Below are positions 48,347 to 59,800 of a stretch of 64,000 bases of DNA, piece by piece. The stretch covers positions 1,772-65,771 of the forward strand of contig JARLIA010000009.1 in the NCBI GenBank assembly GCA_031291955.1, written 5' to 3'. Below the pieces are notes generated by a model. It was not told where the DNA came from, did not search any database, and worked only from the letters and a program-made list of their open reading frames with translations. Origin of the DNA: Minisyncoccota bacterium (GTDB taxonomy: Bacteria; Patescibacteriota; Minisyncoccia; Moranbacterales; UBA2206). Made by a program: the position numbers and the translations under genes. The stretch's first letter is position 1. Each line of letters begins with the position of its first letter.

Positions 48347-48447
48347 CACATGAACTCACTGATTCCACTGAAATTTTAAAAGCTCGGCTTAGGCCGAGCT
48401 TTTTTTATGTGCAATCACGTGAAAATCAGTGAGAATCAGTGGTTCAG
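48329..48447. repeat. Inverted repeat pair enclosing a bidirectional terminator (48378-48406)
   Basis: gaaccactgatt ... aatcagtggttc flanking aaaagctcggc-ttag-gccgagcttttttt. Confidence 0.65.
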
Positions 48448-48448
48448 A

Positions 48449-49414
48449 CTAAAGTTCCGCCACGAATTTATCCAACGCCAGCTTCATATCGATTTTCCCT
48501 ATTTTCACTTTGGCATCGATGTCGGACAGCGCGGCGTATATTTTTTTGAGTCGCGCGAAAGAATAATTGCAGAGCTGTCCGAGGCTTTTTTTGACCACAA
48601 ACGGATGCAATTTGGAATTTTTTACTATTTCATATTCCGGCATCCCCTGCTCTTTCAAATCGGCGATTTTCAGGAGATTTCTGAACTGATAGACAAACAT
48701 GCTCATGAGATAAAACGGGTCATCGCCTTTTTCCAAGTGCCGATGGAGAAGCTTCAACGCTTCTTTTTTATTATTCGCTCCGAGGGCGTCCACCGTCGCG
48801 AAAATGTTACTATCCACGTTAGCCCGGACCAGCAGTTCAACATCCTTTTCACCAATCATTTCTCCACTAGCGTAATTCACCAGCTTTTCTATTTCGGAAT
48901 TGAGAACCAGAGAATCACCGCCGCAGTAAGCAATCAACCTTTCTAGAGCTGCTTTTGAAATATTGGATTTCTCGTCCAATTCTTTTATTCTCTTTAAGAT
49001 CCATTGGTCCAGTTTGGCGCCAAACAGCTTGACATATTCCTGGCTTTTGGAAATTTTCTCTAAAATTTTAAAAAGTTTATCCGCTTTTTTGGGACTGCCA
49101 TCTTCCCAAAACGAAACTACCAAATCATTGTCCTTGGCCAGTTTTTCACCATTCTTTTTAAAATACTCCCGCATCTTTTCTTTTTCCGTTTCCGGCGCAG
49201 CTAAAATCATTCTTTTTATAATCACCAGCCTTTTGGGAGCCAAAAGATTGGGTGTGGAAAACACGTTGATTATTTTTCGCGCTTCGGTTCCTTCGGAGAA
49301 ATCGAAACGCGACAAGCCCGAACCGGACTTGTCGCTCTCAAGATACTTTTGTTTTATCTCAAGCAGTTTTTGGTGCGAACGGAATCGGTCGTCACCATAA
49401 AGAAAAATTATCAT
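48449..49414 (-). CDS. holA: DNA polymerase III delta subunit
   Basis: MIIFLYGDD, EIEKL, HPFVVKK. Confidence 0.9.
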   Translation of the reverse strand: MIIFLYGDDRFRSHQKLLEIKQKYLESDKSGSGLSRFDFSEGTEARKIINVFSTPNLLAPKRLVIIKRMILAAPETEKEKMREYFKKNGEKLAKDNDLVVSFWEDGSPKKADKLFKILEKISKSQEYVKLFGAKLDQWILKRIKELDEKSNISKAALERLIAYCGGDSLVLNSEIEKLVNYASGEMIGEKDVELLVRANVDSNIFATVDALGANNKKEALKLLHRHLEKGDDPFYLMSMFVYQFRNLLKIADLKEQGMPEYEIVKNSKLHPFVVKKSLGQLCNYSFARLKKIYAALSDIDAKVKIGKIDMKLALDKFVAEL

Positions 49415-49431
49415 GCGCTTTCAAAGCTGGT

Positions 49432-50598
49432 TTAATTTTGTGGACTGGTCGTATTTGACGTGCTGTTCGTGCTTGTCGCCGCGCCGGCAGTCGACGCGGG
49501 AACCGCACTGGCGCTCGACAGCTCCCATTTGACGCCAATGCCCGGGTCAACGATACTCACCCAGATTTGTCCCGGAACAAATTTGACTTCCTGCCCAGAA
49601 TTGTCAAAAAAAGTCAGCTTGCTGTTCAAATTGCTTTTGTCTTTCTTCCAGGTGCCCTGGGTCTGCTGGCCGTTCATATAGAAATAGGCCGTGCCCGAAT
49701 CACCCTGATCATACCAAGGATCGCCCACCTGAAAGTTAGCATACTGAGTTTCCATGACGGCGCCCTCCGCGACCATAACTACGATATTTTTGGGCGTGAT
49801 GTTTTTCCCGTTGTTCCTGTCCGTATCAACCGACTTGCCCCATGTTCGCACGTAGCTGTTCGTGGTTTTGTCATAATCAAAAATCTCATTCCACGGACTC
49901 GGATAATTAATTCGCAAACGTCCGCCGGCCGGACGCTGGTCAGCCGCAGCTTCAGCCTGGTGTGGATAACCGATAAGTTTTCCTTCCAATCTATAGCCGA
50001 AATTTTTGGCGCCCTGGATAAGGGTCGCAAGCTTGGTGTATCCGGTATCATCGCTTATCATTGGCCCGGTTTGCGCTTCCCGGTAGCAATATTGGGCGGC
50101 CGACTTCCCGCCGTCATTATTGCAATTCATGTCGTCAATGATACCTTGTTTGAGTTTGTCTAGAGCGAAATGCGAGCCGCCCCAGTGGACATAAATCGCG
50201 TCGAGTCCTGCCGCGATCGGGATGTAATCGTGGCGGGAACTCCGGACAGAGCCGATTTTTTCCGGATTGCCGCAAATATAAAAAGCCATGAGCCGCGTAA
50301 TGCTCCCGTAAACGGCCGGCATCTCCACTACCATGTCCGCGTCGGACAGGCCGGACAATGGGCGAGCAGAAACATCGGACGGCTGCATGACCGCGAACGG
50401 ACGGCGGTTCCAATCGGCGCAACTCAAGCCGGAAATCGGACTGACATTGCCTGAATTCGCCGGTCCGCTTTGCTCGGTCGGCCCGTTGATGTCGATTTGT
50501 TTGTTAGTCGTTTTTTTGCGGTGGGTCAGGAAATAAATCCCGCCACCGATCACCGCGATCACCACAATGGCGATGACAATTTTTTGAGGTTTGCCCAT
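49432..50598 (-). CDS. DUF3048 (YerB-like) exported protein
   Basis: ARPLSGLSDAD, ITRLMA, GSVRSSR, HWGGS. Confidence 0.85.
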   Translation of the reverse strand: MGKPQKIVIAIVVIAVIGGGIYFLTHRKKTTNKQIDINGPTEQSGPANSGNVSPISGLSCADWNRRPFAVMQPSDVSARPLSGLSDADMVVEMPAVYGSITRLMAFYICGNPEKIGSVRSSRHDYIPIAAGLDAIYVHWGGSHFALDKLKQGIIDDMNCNNDGGKSAAQYCYREAQTGPMISDDTGYTKLATLIQGAKNFGYRLEGKLIGYPHQAEAAADQRPAGGRLRINYPSPWNEIFDYDKTTNSYVRTWGKSVDTDRNNGKNITPKNIVVMVAEGAVMETQYANFQVGDPWYDQGDSGTAYFYMNGQQTQGTWKKDKSNLNSKLTFFDNSGQEVKFVPGQIWVSIVDPGIGVKWELSSASAVPASTAGAATSTNSTSNTTSPQN

Positions 50599-50678
50599 TC
50601 GATTAAATTGTTAAATTGTTAAATTGTTACATAGCTAAACATTAAAAAAATTTAGCAATATAACAACTTAGCAATAGG

Positions 50679-51542
50679 CTACTTTTGGCATTTCTCACAA
50701 AAGAAGATACTTCGCTGTCCCAAAACTTCTCTTTTGATTATTGTACCACATTTTTGGCACACTTGCTTGTCTCGCCGGTAGACCCGCGCGATTTTTTGGT
50801 AGCCGCCCGGCGCGCCACTCGTGTCGCGATAATCGGAATCGGACGTCCCGCGGTATTTTATGGCTTTTTTCAGGATCTTTCCGATTGAAGCGTACAGTTT
50901 TTTACGTTCGAGAAGATCAATTGTTTCAATTCTACGCGTTGGCAAGATTTCAGCATCGAATAAAATTTCGCTGCGATAAATATTGCCGATCCCGGCGATC
51001 AAATTCTGATCCATCAGCAGAAGCCCGACTGGAGACTTCTTTTTGCGGTCAAGTATTTCATGGAATTTAGCAAAAGTAAATTCTTCACTCATCGCGTCAA
51101 CGCCAAGAGCTTTTATTTCTTTGAGAAAATTGATTTTATCCGTATCCTCCAAAACGATTTTCCCAAACTTCCGCAAATCCGAAAACTCCAGCGTTCGCCC
51201 CGATTTCAATTTCCAGATGTGATGCACATATTGATTCACTTTATCGTCAAAATAGTTTTTTCCATCACTTTTAACTTTTAATTTTGAACTTTTAACTAGC
51301 AAGTGCCCTGTCATTTTCAAATGTATATACAGCGTTTTTCCGCCGGAAAGATCCAAAAAAATATTCTTCCCGATCCGCCGGACGCCGAGTATCTTACGCC
51401 CGCCGATCTCTTTTGTAAAGCGTTCGGCTGATTTATTCTTAATAGTTTTCCCCCAATCCGTCCAAAAACTAACGACAGTGTCGCCTTTTATTTTTTCATT
51501 GAGATCGGTGATAATCGTTTGGACTTCAGGAAGTTCCGGCAT
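50679..51542 (-). CDS. mutM: Formamidopyrimidine-DNA glycosylase
   Basis: MPELPEV, HLKMTG, GIGNIY, C-terminal CxxC/CxxC zinc finger. Confidence 0.96.
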   Translation of the reverse strand: MPELPEVQTIITDLNEKIKGDTVVSFWTDWGKTIKNKSAERFTKEIGGRKILGVRRIGKNIFLDLSGGKTLYIHLKMTGHLLVKSSKLKVKSDGKNYFDDKVNQYVHHIWKLKSGRTLEFSDLRKFGKIVLEDTDKINFLKEIKALGVDAMSEEFTFAKFHEILDRKKKSPVGLLLMDQNLIAGIGNIYRSEILFDAEILPTRRIETIDLLERKKLYASIGKILKKAIKYRGTSDSDYRDTSGAPGGYQKIARVYRRDKQVCQKCGTIIKREVLGQRSIFFCEKCQK

Positions 51543-51611
51543 GATTTGAAAATATTTTTAGCTTTTGACTGACTTGATTCTACCAAACTCCCGCCCTTTC
51601 GCCAACTGCCG

Positions 51612-51640
51612 AAAAAAGCGCCGTTTAAGCGGCGCTTTTT
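51612..51640. terminator. Intrinsic terminator
   Basis: aaaaaagcgccg..cggcgcttttt. Confidence 0.7.
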
Positions 51641-51670
51641 AGGATAAAAGTTGGAAAAATAAAAGTTTTT

Positions 51671-52576
51671 TTAATTTTTAAAATCCGCCCCGCCGATAAC
51701 CAGGATATCGGCGTTGACCGGTTTTGTCTCGTTGGCCGGCAGACTGATGACTTCCCCGCTAACCGCCGTGGCGATATTTTGAGCTAGAGTGGAATTACTG
51801 CCAGAAAGATCAACCACTTCCGTCTTCGCGTAAATCCCTTTGGCGTTTCCGGTTTCAGCTATCTTGACGCCCTCGATCGGGGAAATTTTATCAGAAACGG
51901 CTTTGGCCAGTCCAGCCCTATTTGTTCCATTATAAACCGCCACTTGAGCTGTTTGTGGCGTTGCGACAGCTTCGGCGGATGAATTTGAATTTGAAGTATC
52001 TGCCGAAGGCTGAGATGCATTTTGAACTCCGGCGGTAGCCGGAGAAACTGGAGCAGTTTCAGAACTCGACCCGACCGCGCTCGCCGCCATTGAAGTCGAA
52101 TTGATAATCATATTGGTTGATGGACGATAGAGGACCACTTTTTGCGCCTTGGTATAAAAAAGCACCTTGTCTCCGTTTTGAGCATTGGCAAAAAACGCCT
52201 GGGAAGAGAGCCTGTCTTTATCGGCAACAGTCGCTATGGTCGGTGTTTCGCCTTGCGGCAGGACCATAAATTTACTAATCTTAGCCACATAGTTAGCCGC
52301 CTCATTTTTCGAAGCATCGGGAGATGTAGCTTTTTTATATTGATAATAAAAATAGACTGTCGCTCCCAAAGAGCTGATAAAAACCACCGCAAGAATCACC
52401 CCGGCAATATTTTTCTTTGAAAATCTAACCCGGAGAACACCTTTATCCGCGGAAATTATATCTTTTTCATTCGCGCTTTTTTTTGCTGCACGCGGGGTAG
52501 TCATAAATTTTTCAATACTAGCTCTTTTTTTATTTTCATCTTCCAAAAACGAATTATTTTTTATTTTTTGTAACAT
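51671..52576 (-). CDS. Membrane protein with LytR C-terminal domain
   Basis: One TM; VAVYNGT..GLA..DILVIGG. Confidence 0.75.
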   Translation of the reverse strand: MLQKIKNNSFLEDENKKRASIEKFMTTPRAAKKSANEKDIISADKGVLRVRFSKKNIAGVILAVVFISSLGATVYFYYQYKKATSPDASKNEAANYVAKISKFMVLPQGETPTIATVADKDRLSSQAFFANAQNGDKVLFYTKAQKVVLYRPSTNMIINSTSMAASAVGSSSETAPVSPATAGVQNASQPSADTSNSNSSAEAVATPQTAQVAVYNGTNRAGLAKAVSDKISPIEGVKIAETGNAKGIYAKTEVVDLSGSNSTLAQNIATAVSGEVISLPANETKPVNADILVIGGADFKN

Positions 52577-52667
52577 ATGTTTATCCCACTATATCATAAA
52601 ATAGAAAAGAAATAAAAAAACACACTACCGATAGAGACAAGGAGACACCTTACTTTATCTCTATGTA

Positions 52668-53654
52668 TTATTGAAGCGCGTTGTAGGCCGATTTTGTAAT
52701 TTCTTGGATAACCTTTTCCTGCTGGGAAAAATCGTTACCTTCAGTCATGACACATACAATGAATGGATTGTTCGGCTTATAGACGATACCGCAATCGTTA
52801 AGAACGTACGAGTGAACCGTACCGTCAGCGTTCATACCGGTCGCCTCGCCGAATTTATGCGCCACTTTCACGCCCTTGGGAACGCCGGAAGCAATTCCCT
52901 TGGTGAAGGTTGACTGGGAAAGCAAGTCAAGCACTTGATTGGAATATTTCGTATTCAAATACGATGCATTGTAAAGCGTGCGGAAAATAGCCGCGAAACC
53001 CCGGGGCGTAACTTTCCAATCACCCGGGGGCGAGCTGGCTGGCGGCACAGTCATGCCTAAATCAGTCAGCACTTGTACGGAATAATCTTTGGCTGTATCC
53101 GAAAGAATTCCGAAAGGCGCATTGTCAGAGTATACCAGCATGTGCTTCAGCATATCACCGATCGAATAGGTCTGACCCGGAACAAGTGGGTTTTGCGGAG
53201 GATAATGTTGGTCGGAATTTGTCGGATCCTCCCCGGCCGTTGGGATTTGCAATTGCCTATCGAAGATGTCAGGCTGGAGTTCGGCAACTTTATAATAAAT
53301 AAGCGCCACCGGCAACTTCAAGAGGCTGGCTGGATAAAAATCATCCGTGTCATTGATACCGAACCAGCGCTTGGTGTTTAAGTCACGATAAAAAACCGAG
53401 GCGCGGATAATATGTCCGTTATTTTTTTCATCATCAATCACCCCGCCAATATTGACGTGCAAGTTTTCTATTTGATTGGAAATATCATCAAATGATTGGC
53501 AATTAATATCGTTATTGAGAAATGGGAAATTCTTACTGCAATTCGGCGCTGGCAACACTGGTGCGGCCGTGTTTTTCAGAGCAAACCAAATAATAGCCGC
53601 ACCTAACAAAAAAGCTCCCAGGGGCAATGCGATTTTTTTTAATATTTTAAGCAT
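52668..53654 (-). CDS. Class A beta-lactamase-like serine hydrolase
   Basis: ASLLK (SxxK), SDN, HKFG; N-terminal TM. Confidence 0.85.
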   Translation of the reverse strand: MLKILKKIALPLGAFLLGAAIIWFALKNTAAPVLPAPNCSKNFPFLNNDINCQSFDDISNQIENLHVNIGGVIDDEKNNGHIIRASVFYRDLNTKRWFGINDTDDFYPASLLKLPVALIYYKVAELQPDIFDRQLQIPTAGEDPTNSDQHYPPQNPLVPGQTYSIGDMLKHMLVYSDNAPFGILSDTAKDYSVQVLTDLGMTVPPASSPPGDWKVTPRGFAAIFRTLYNASYLNTKYSNQVLDLLSQSTFTKGIASGVPKGVKVAHKFGEATGMNADGTVHSYVLNDCGIVYKPNNPFIVCVMTEGNDFSQQEKVIQEITKSAYNALQ

Positions 53655-53813
53655 GCGATAAGGAGTTATCCAGTCAACGCAAGATGAAAATTTCAATCCC
53701 CCTTTCGGGTATGAATTCTATACGGTTGCATTATAACATAATTTCAAAAAACAAAAAGACCTCGCCAGGAATCGAGGTCATTTTTGTTCTTGCCCTATTT
53801 AAAATTCCAAATT

Positions 53814-56800
53814 TTATGGAGTGGTCGTTGCGGAAACATTCGCTGCCGTATTTGTTGTGGCATTCGTGTTTGTTGTGGTTATGCCGGTTGACGATAAGAC
53901 GGATTGCGACCCGCCCGTATCCCGTGCTGCCGTGTCTGTATTTTCCGTAGCTGTATTTACTAAATCCGATGCCGCGGTCGTACTTGATGTTGCAGTGGCG
54001 CCAGGCACGGTTGGTTCCGTAGCCGTCGGATTTGTATTTGTATTCGTGCCTGTAGGGACAACTTGCGACCCGTCCGCGCTGACAGGCGTATCGGTATTAT
54101 CTGACGCATCAAATGTTTTAACGTCTTTCACTGCGATCGCCGTCCAGGAGAAAGGAATATCATAGATCGCTTTTTGATTGATCCTAATTTCAAATCCCTT
54201 GGTCGTCACATTGGTTATAATGAAGTTGGCATCACTAGTGAGCAGAAGATTTTCAGTCGCATGCCTTATGTCATCGTCCTTGATTTGTTGCAGTGACACA
54301 TTAGCATTAACAATCGGCGCATCTGAGTATTCTTGCGAAAATTCAACGACCACATTATCAGTCCCCTCTTTGACAATCGCATATCCGGCTGCGTCTTGAT
54401 TGAACGTCACTTGGCCTTCAAAAGAAACATTGTTATGGAACACGACTTTGTCGACAAATTCTGCCACCGCCTTGAACATCGCCGGACCATTGAACTGCGC
54501 CAAGCCTCCTACTGTTAATCCTCCGCTGGTCGTAAAATCTTCAATCGTGCTCGCGTCCAGGCCGGCCGATTTATCAGTCAGCGTCTTCAGGGAAGCTTGT
54601 AAGCTCGTAATCTGTTGCCCTAGATTATTAACTTCCGTCGTATTACTTGCCACACCATCTTGCGCGCTTTGAATTCCGGTCTGAATAAACTGCAAGCCTT
54701 CGATATTTTCCGCTTTGATATTTTTCGCCACCAGAGTATCGGTCACAATCAATGGACTTACCATTTGACCAACCGCGTTGATATTCCCCGCTAAAATATC
54801 AGCCGCACTATAGTTGGCCTGATTGTTTTTCAAGTTCTCCAAGAAATCCAACACCTTACCTTGTGATGTATATTCGGCAAAGGGCGAATTCGGATCAGTC
54901 GCAGCGGCCACAGCACTGTCATCAACATCCAGACTATTATCCGTTACCTCAGCCATCAAAGAATCCACTGACATGCCTTGATAGTCGGCCAGATTCACAA
55001 AGACTGTGATTTGTCCGCACTTCGCGTCAGTGCCGCCATTGCCGCCCGCCGGACAATCAGTCATATTGTCCAAATTCATCGATTCCATAGCGGTGCCCAG
55101 CACTCGTCCGGCCACCGTGGCGCGCATCGCATAGCCCGGAATCGACGCGGCTGTGATGCGATCGCCCGCTTTGATCAGGCCGTTTTCACTGGAAACATTG
55201 ACCGGCACGCGTCCGACCAAAGCGATCGGATATGAACCATCGGTATATGAACCGGCCACAAAACCAGGCGCGGTCGACACAATGCCCAACACATCTTTTT
55301 GATAGGCCATCGATGAACGTTTGACATTATGGACATCAGTTGAATCAACAGAGACCACTTCACCTTTTTGCAGATCATCCGCCGAGGTATAATTTTCCGC
55401 AAGGTCAGCGCCGCCAGCATAGAATCCGCCTTGTTGCGATGAATATATCCCGCCATTGGAAGTCACGCGCAAGACATTATATGAATCAGTCTGCAGGGAT
55501 AGCAGATCCTGACCATTGGTAATTTGGTATTGCATCACAGTCGGCAAAGAAATCGTGCGGTTGCAAAATTCCATACCCGCGCCGGAATTATAGACACCGT
55601 TTTGAGCGCCGCAAAATGTCGGAAAGTCACGACGGAAATTGATTTCCACCTGCGCCCAGGTTTCTGTGCCAGCATTATTCAAACTGCCACCGGGATTATC
55701 GACACCATTGAAACTCGCTGCACCTAGAGCCGCTGGCGAACTGGCCACGCGCGCTTCAAAACGCACATACGAATCGGATGTTTTTTGCCATTCCAAAGTC
55801 GAATTAGGTGAAAGCGCCGGCACTTGCATCATTTCCGACAGATATTGACCGTCTGCGTACCAACCAGCATCATAAACACCAACTAGATTGGAAGGCGTTG
55901 AGCCACCATTGATAAGCACCCATTTGCCATCCGGCCGCTGGAAGGTCACCGAACCGTCGCCTTGCCCAGTATAAGCCGCTGGTGCCGGCACGCCCAAAGT
56001 AGCATCAGCATAGGTATCGGCAAAGGTAGTTATTGAATTGCCAGACACCGTTCCCACTAACCGATAGCTTCCGATAAGCCCGGTGGACGAGGCAATTGTC
56101 CGATACACATTGCGCGCCGTCGTGCCAGTCGGTCCGGCAATGACACCGGTAACATTAACTGTTTGATTTCCACTGGTTGTAGTGGCGGTGGCTGAAGCGG
56201 CGGCTGGCAATGATTCTACGCCGTTAGTGACAAAAGTATATTTGTAGGTATGCACACCCACATCGACTGCACCGCCAGTACCGATCGAACCGATTGTTGA
56301 TACCGAAGCCGGTGCCGGCGCAAAAGGCAGCGTCGGATTGGCGGCAATAGTGGCATCCGCCGTCACATCACTATAAGTAGTGGTCGAGTTATCATCCAAT
56401 TGCGCTACGAAATAATAGACAGCAGTCGAAGCCGCACCGGCCACTGTTCGATAGATCCTTCTGGCTGTGACATTCGCGTATGGACTAGCACCGGTCGGAA
56501 TCGCGGTCAGTGGGACTGTCTGCGTTCCGGTCGAAGCCACCGTAGCAACAGCTGAGGCCGTTCCCGGTAAAGACTCAAGGCCACCCATAATTTCAGTCAC
56601 TTTGTAATAATGCGCGCCAACATCAACCGCGCCACCAGAAGCGACTGTGCCGACAGTTGGAGCCGCTGGCGCCGGAATCGGACCCATCTGCGGACCGGCC
56701 GGCGCGGCGGCGACCGTTCCCATCGGCACACCATTGAGCGCTGTGTCTGGACCGCCGGTCGGATAATAAACATTTGAAAGCGTGACTGTTCCAGCAGTTG

Positions 56801-59800
56801 TATTTCCGGCCGTGATCAAAAATGTACCGTCCGCGCGCGGAATAACAGTAGTTCCTCGACCGGTTCCATTGACTAGGGCCGGGCCAACTGCCTGCTGACC
56901 AGTTCGTGGATCGATGATATTTGTCGTTGTCAGTGCGGTGGCATTGTTGATGCCTCCCGTCGCTACCCAATAACCGTCCGGTCTTTGAAACACCACCGAT
57001 CCGCAACCGGTCGTATTGGTAGTAAAAGCTGGGCCGGCAGAAAAGACTTTGGCATTGGCGTCATAGTTTAGAGTTGTACCGTTTGAAGCGACACCGATGT
57101 TGGCACCGACTTTCACTTTGTACTGATTATTGAACGGCAGACCCATCGGAATGGCCCATGCTCCGCAGGAAATGGCGGTGACCGTGCTCGGTCCAACCAT
57201 CATTGTATTGGTCACCTGATTATAAATTGAAGTGGCCGTGGTCTGATTGCCATGCATAATTGTGTAGGTGCCGTCATTATTTTGGATCGCCTGGGCGCCA
57301 ACTCCGCCACCCGCCGTCAAACACGGCCCATTAGTGAAACGGCTGCCGGAAGCTTGGGTCGGATCATAGATATCCGTGGCTGTTCCGACGGTCGAACAGA
57401 CCGCCGTTGTCGCAGCACTTCCCAAATAGACCAAGAATTTTCCGCTGGCCAATTTCAAAGCGAAAGCACCCGTTCCGACTCCGGCGGCATTGGTCGTGGT
57501 TGGCACATTGCCAGCGCCGGTCTGATTGGTGAATGTTTCCGTTGACGGATCATAGAGATCCGCGAAATTGCCATTCGGCTCAATGACCAAGAATTGCTTA
57601 TCATCGCGCGCGATGACAACCGTTCCCGCTCCAGCAGCGTCGGTCAGTTGCGGATGAGCGTTTGAATACATACCCATATAGAAGCCCGCTGTTCCACCAA
57701 GCTGAGTCGTCGGCAAAAGTCTGCCGTAAGGCAAAACCATATTGCCATTAACTGTTTCCACTCTAGTTTCCGCTTTGGTCATAGTCGGTCCGGATGGTGT
57801 GGCAGAACCATAGGCTGCGCCTAATGCAGTATCGATCAGACTGTCAGTGTAGGTAGTGGTCGTGTTGTCGGCTTGCGTGCCAACCAAGAACGGCGTGTCG
57901 GTCGCGGCGGCGGCGGCGGCCGTGCGATAAATATTGCGCGCTGTCGTGCCGGCTGGACCGAGCGGAATCGGATTTAAGACTTCCAGATTACTACCGGAAC
58001 AGCTTCGCACCACAGAAGCGGGACTCAATTGCGATTCCACGCCATTGGTGACAAAGGTGACAAACCAATAGTGATTACCGGAAGTACACGCCCCGGAACC
58101 ACTCGGTGCGGCGGACGTTGGCGCCACCGGAATCGTCGGATCGGTTGGCGAACTGGCATTAGGCAAACTGAAATCAAAGTTGGTTCGCTTCAAGACCGCG
58201 GAATTATCGATTTTAAAATTATATAATCTGGGTGTTACTTCGTCATAACGCGTTACCACCATGCCGGTGCCGGCCCAGACGCCCCGTTCATCCAAAAGAC
58301 GCTTCGGCAATGGTCGGTTATATTGAACTTTAACTCGAATACAATTTTCCCCGGCAGTGTCTTGAACAAGATCACCGGAATTTTTGATTTCAATTTCGGT
58401 CGCATTGTTGAGCGGCGTGGCGCAACCAGATTGTAAGCCATTGGAACTATGCGCTGTGCGCACCAAAAATTGCAGCGTGCTGTGAGCTGTATTAGTCGTG
58501 CCATTGGTCGCCGAGGCATAGACCGCCTCCATCTGGGAACTCCACCATAAAGTTGAATTGACATTGATGAAAGAACTGAAAATATCTTCCGAGGTATAGA
58601 GCGTTGTGCTGTCACTCATCGGCATGCCGGTATTATAGTTGTTCGTGGCCTGACTACCACCACCGACCAAGATTTGCCATGAACCGTCCTGACGCATAAT
58701 GGCATGCGCGCCGGAATTAACAGCTGTCAGTGGCGTCGCGCCATAAGTAGTGAAGCTATCATTGCTCGGGTCATAGATATAGGCGTTCTGTGATCCGCCA
58801 CCAACAATAATCAGAAACCGGCCATCCTGGATCGGAATAGCTTGTCCGCCGTCCCCAATCTGCGTTGCCGGTCCGCCGGACGAGTTGCAAGTCATAGTAT
58901 TAGCCGTCGGGTCATAAACCGCCCAAACATTCACTTTCGAGAGAATTACAAATTTTCCATCCTGCCGACGGAACGCCACCGAACCGGCACCATTGATGCC
59001 GCAGGTTCCCGCGGCTTTATTGCCGTCTAGCAATGGTCCAGCTGTAAATGCTCCCACTGGTGAGGCCCCAGTAATTGCGCCGGCTGATGGGTCATAGAGT
59101 TGAGTATTGGAAGTCGAACCACCGGCAACAACCAGCGCTTGTCCGTCATTGTGATACAAAACGACTGCTCCGGCCGCCCAAGTGGTGGACGTTGCTGTTG
59201 GACCAGTCACGACCGAGTCTAAAATCGGATCATACACCTGGGTCGTTCCGGCTGCCGCGCCGTTAGTGATCAAATATCTTCCGTTCGGTCGCAATACGGC
59301 AATTGTGCCGGCACCTTTGGCAGTAACCGTCATCGAAGGTCCCACCGGAGTGGCACCCATCGGATCGATCAAGGAAGAAGTTGTGGCGCCACCGCCATGG
59401 ATGACGCGATACAATCCGCCTGGTCGCGGCAAAGCCAACGCACCCGCACCGATCGCGTTATTTAGGAAAAATGGAGCGGCTGTGAATGTGCCGGCATAGG
59501 CATCATAAATATCCATGCCCGTAGTGCCGCCACGCAGGACCAAATATTTTCCATCCGCCCGTGTAATTGAAAACGCTCCCGTAGTGATAGCTGCTGTGGT
59601 TGATGGTTGGGCAGTCGTAGTGATTGTTCCTTTACCGCCATTTGGAATGCCCGTGGAAACCGTATCAGCCAGCGACAACCCATCGCTATCATTGTTCAGG
59701 CTTGATCCAATCGTACCCAGGGCAAAATCAGCAACCGATTCTTTGACGATACTCGAATCACTGCCATTGACCGTCACGCCTCCATTATTAGCCACTATAA

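Noticed and set aside
52668-53654. True antibiotic-resistance beta-lactamase
   Set aside because: KFG replaces KTG, no clear Glu166 omega-loop motif, and it is membrane anchored; activity cannot be inferred from sequence.
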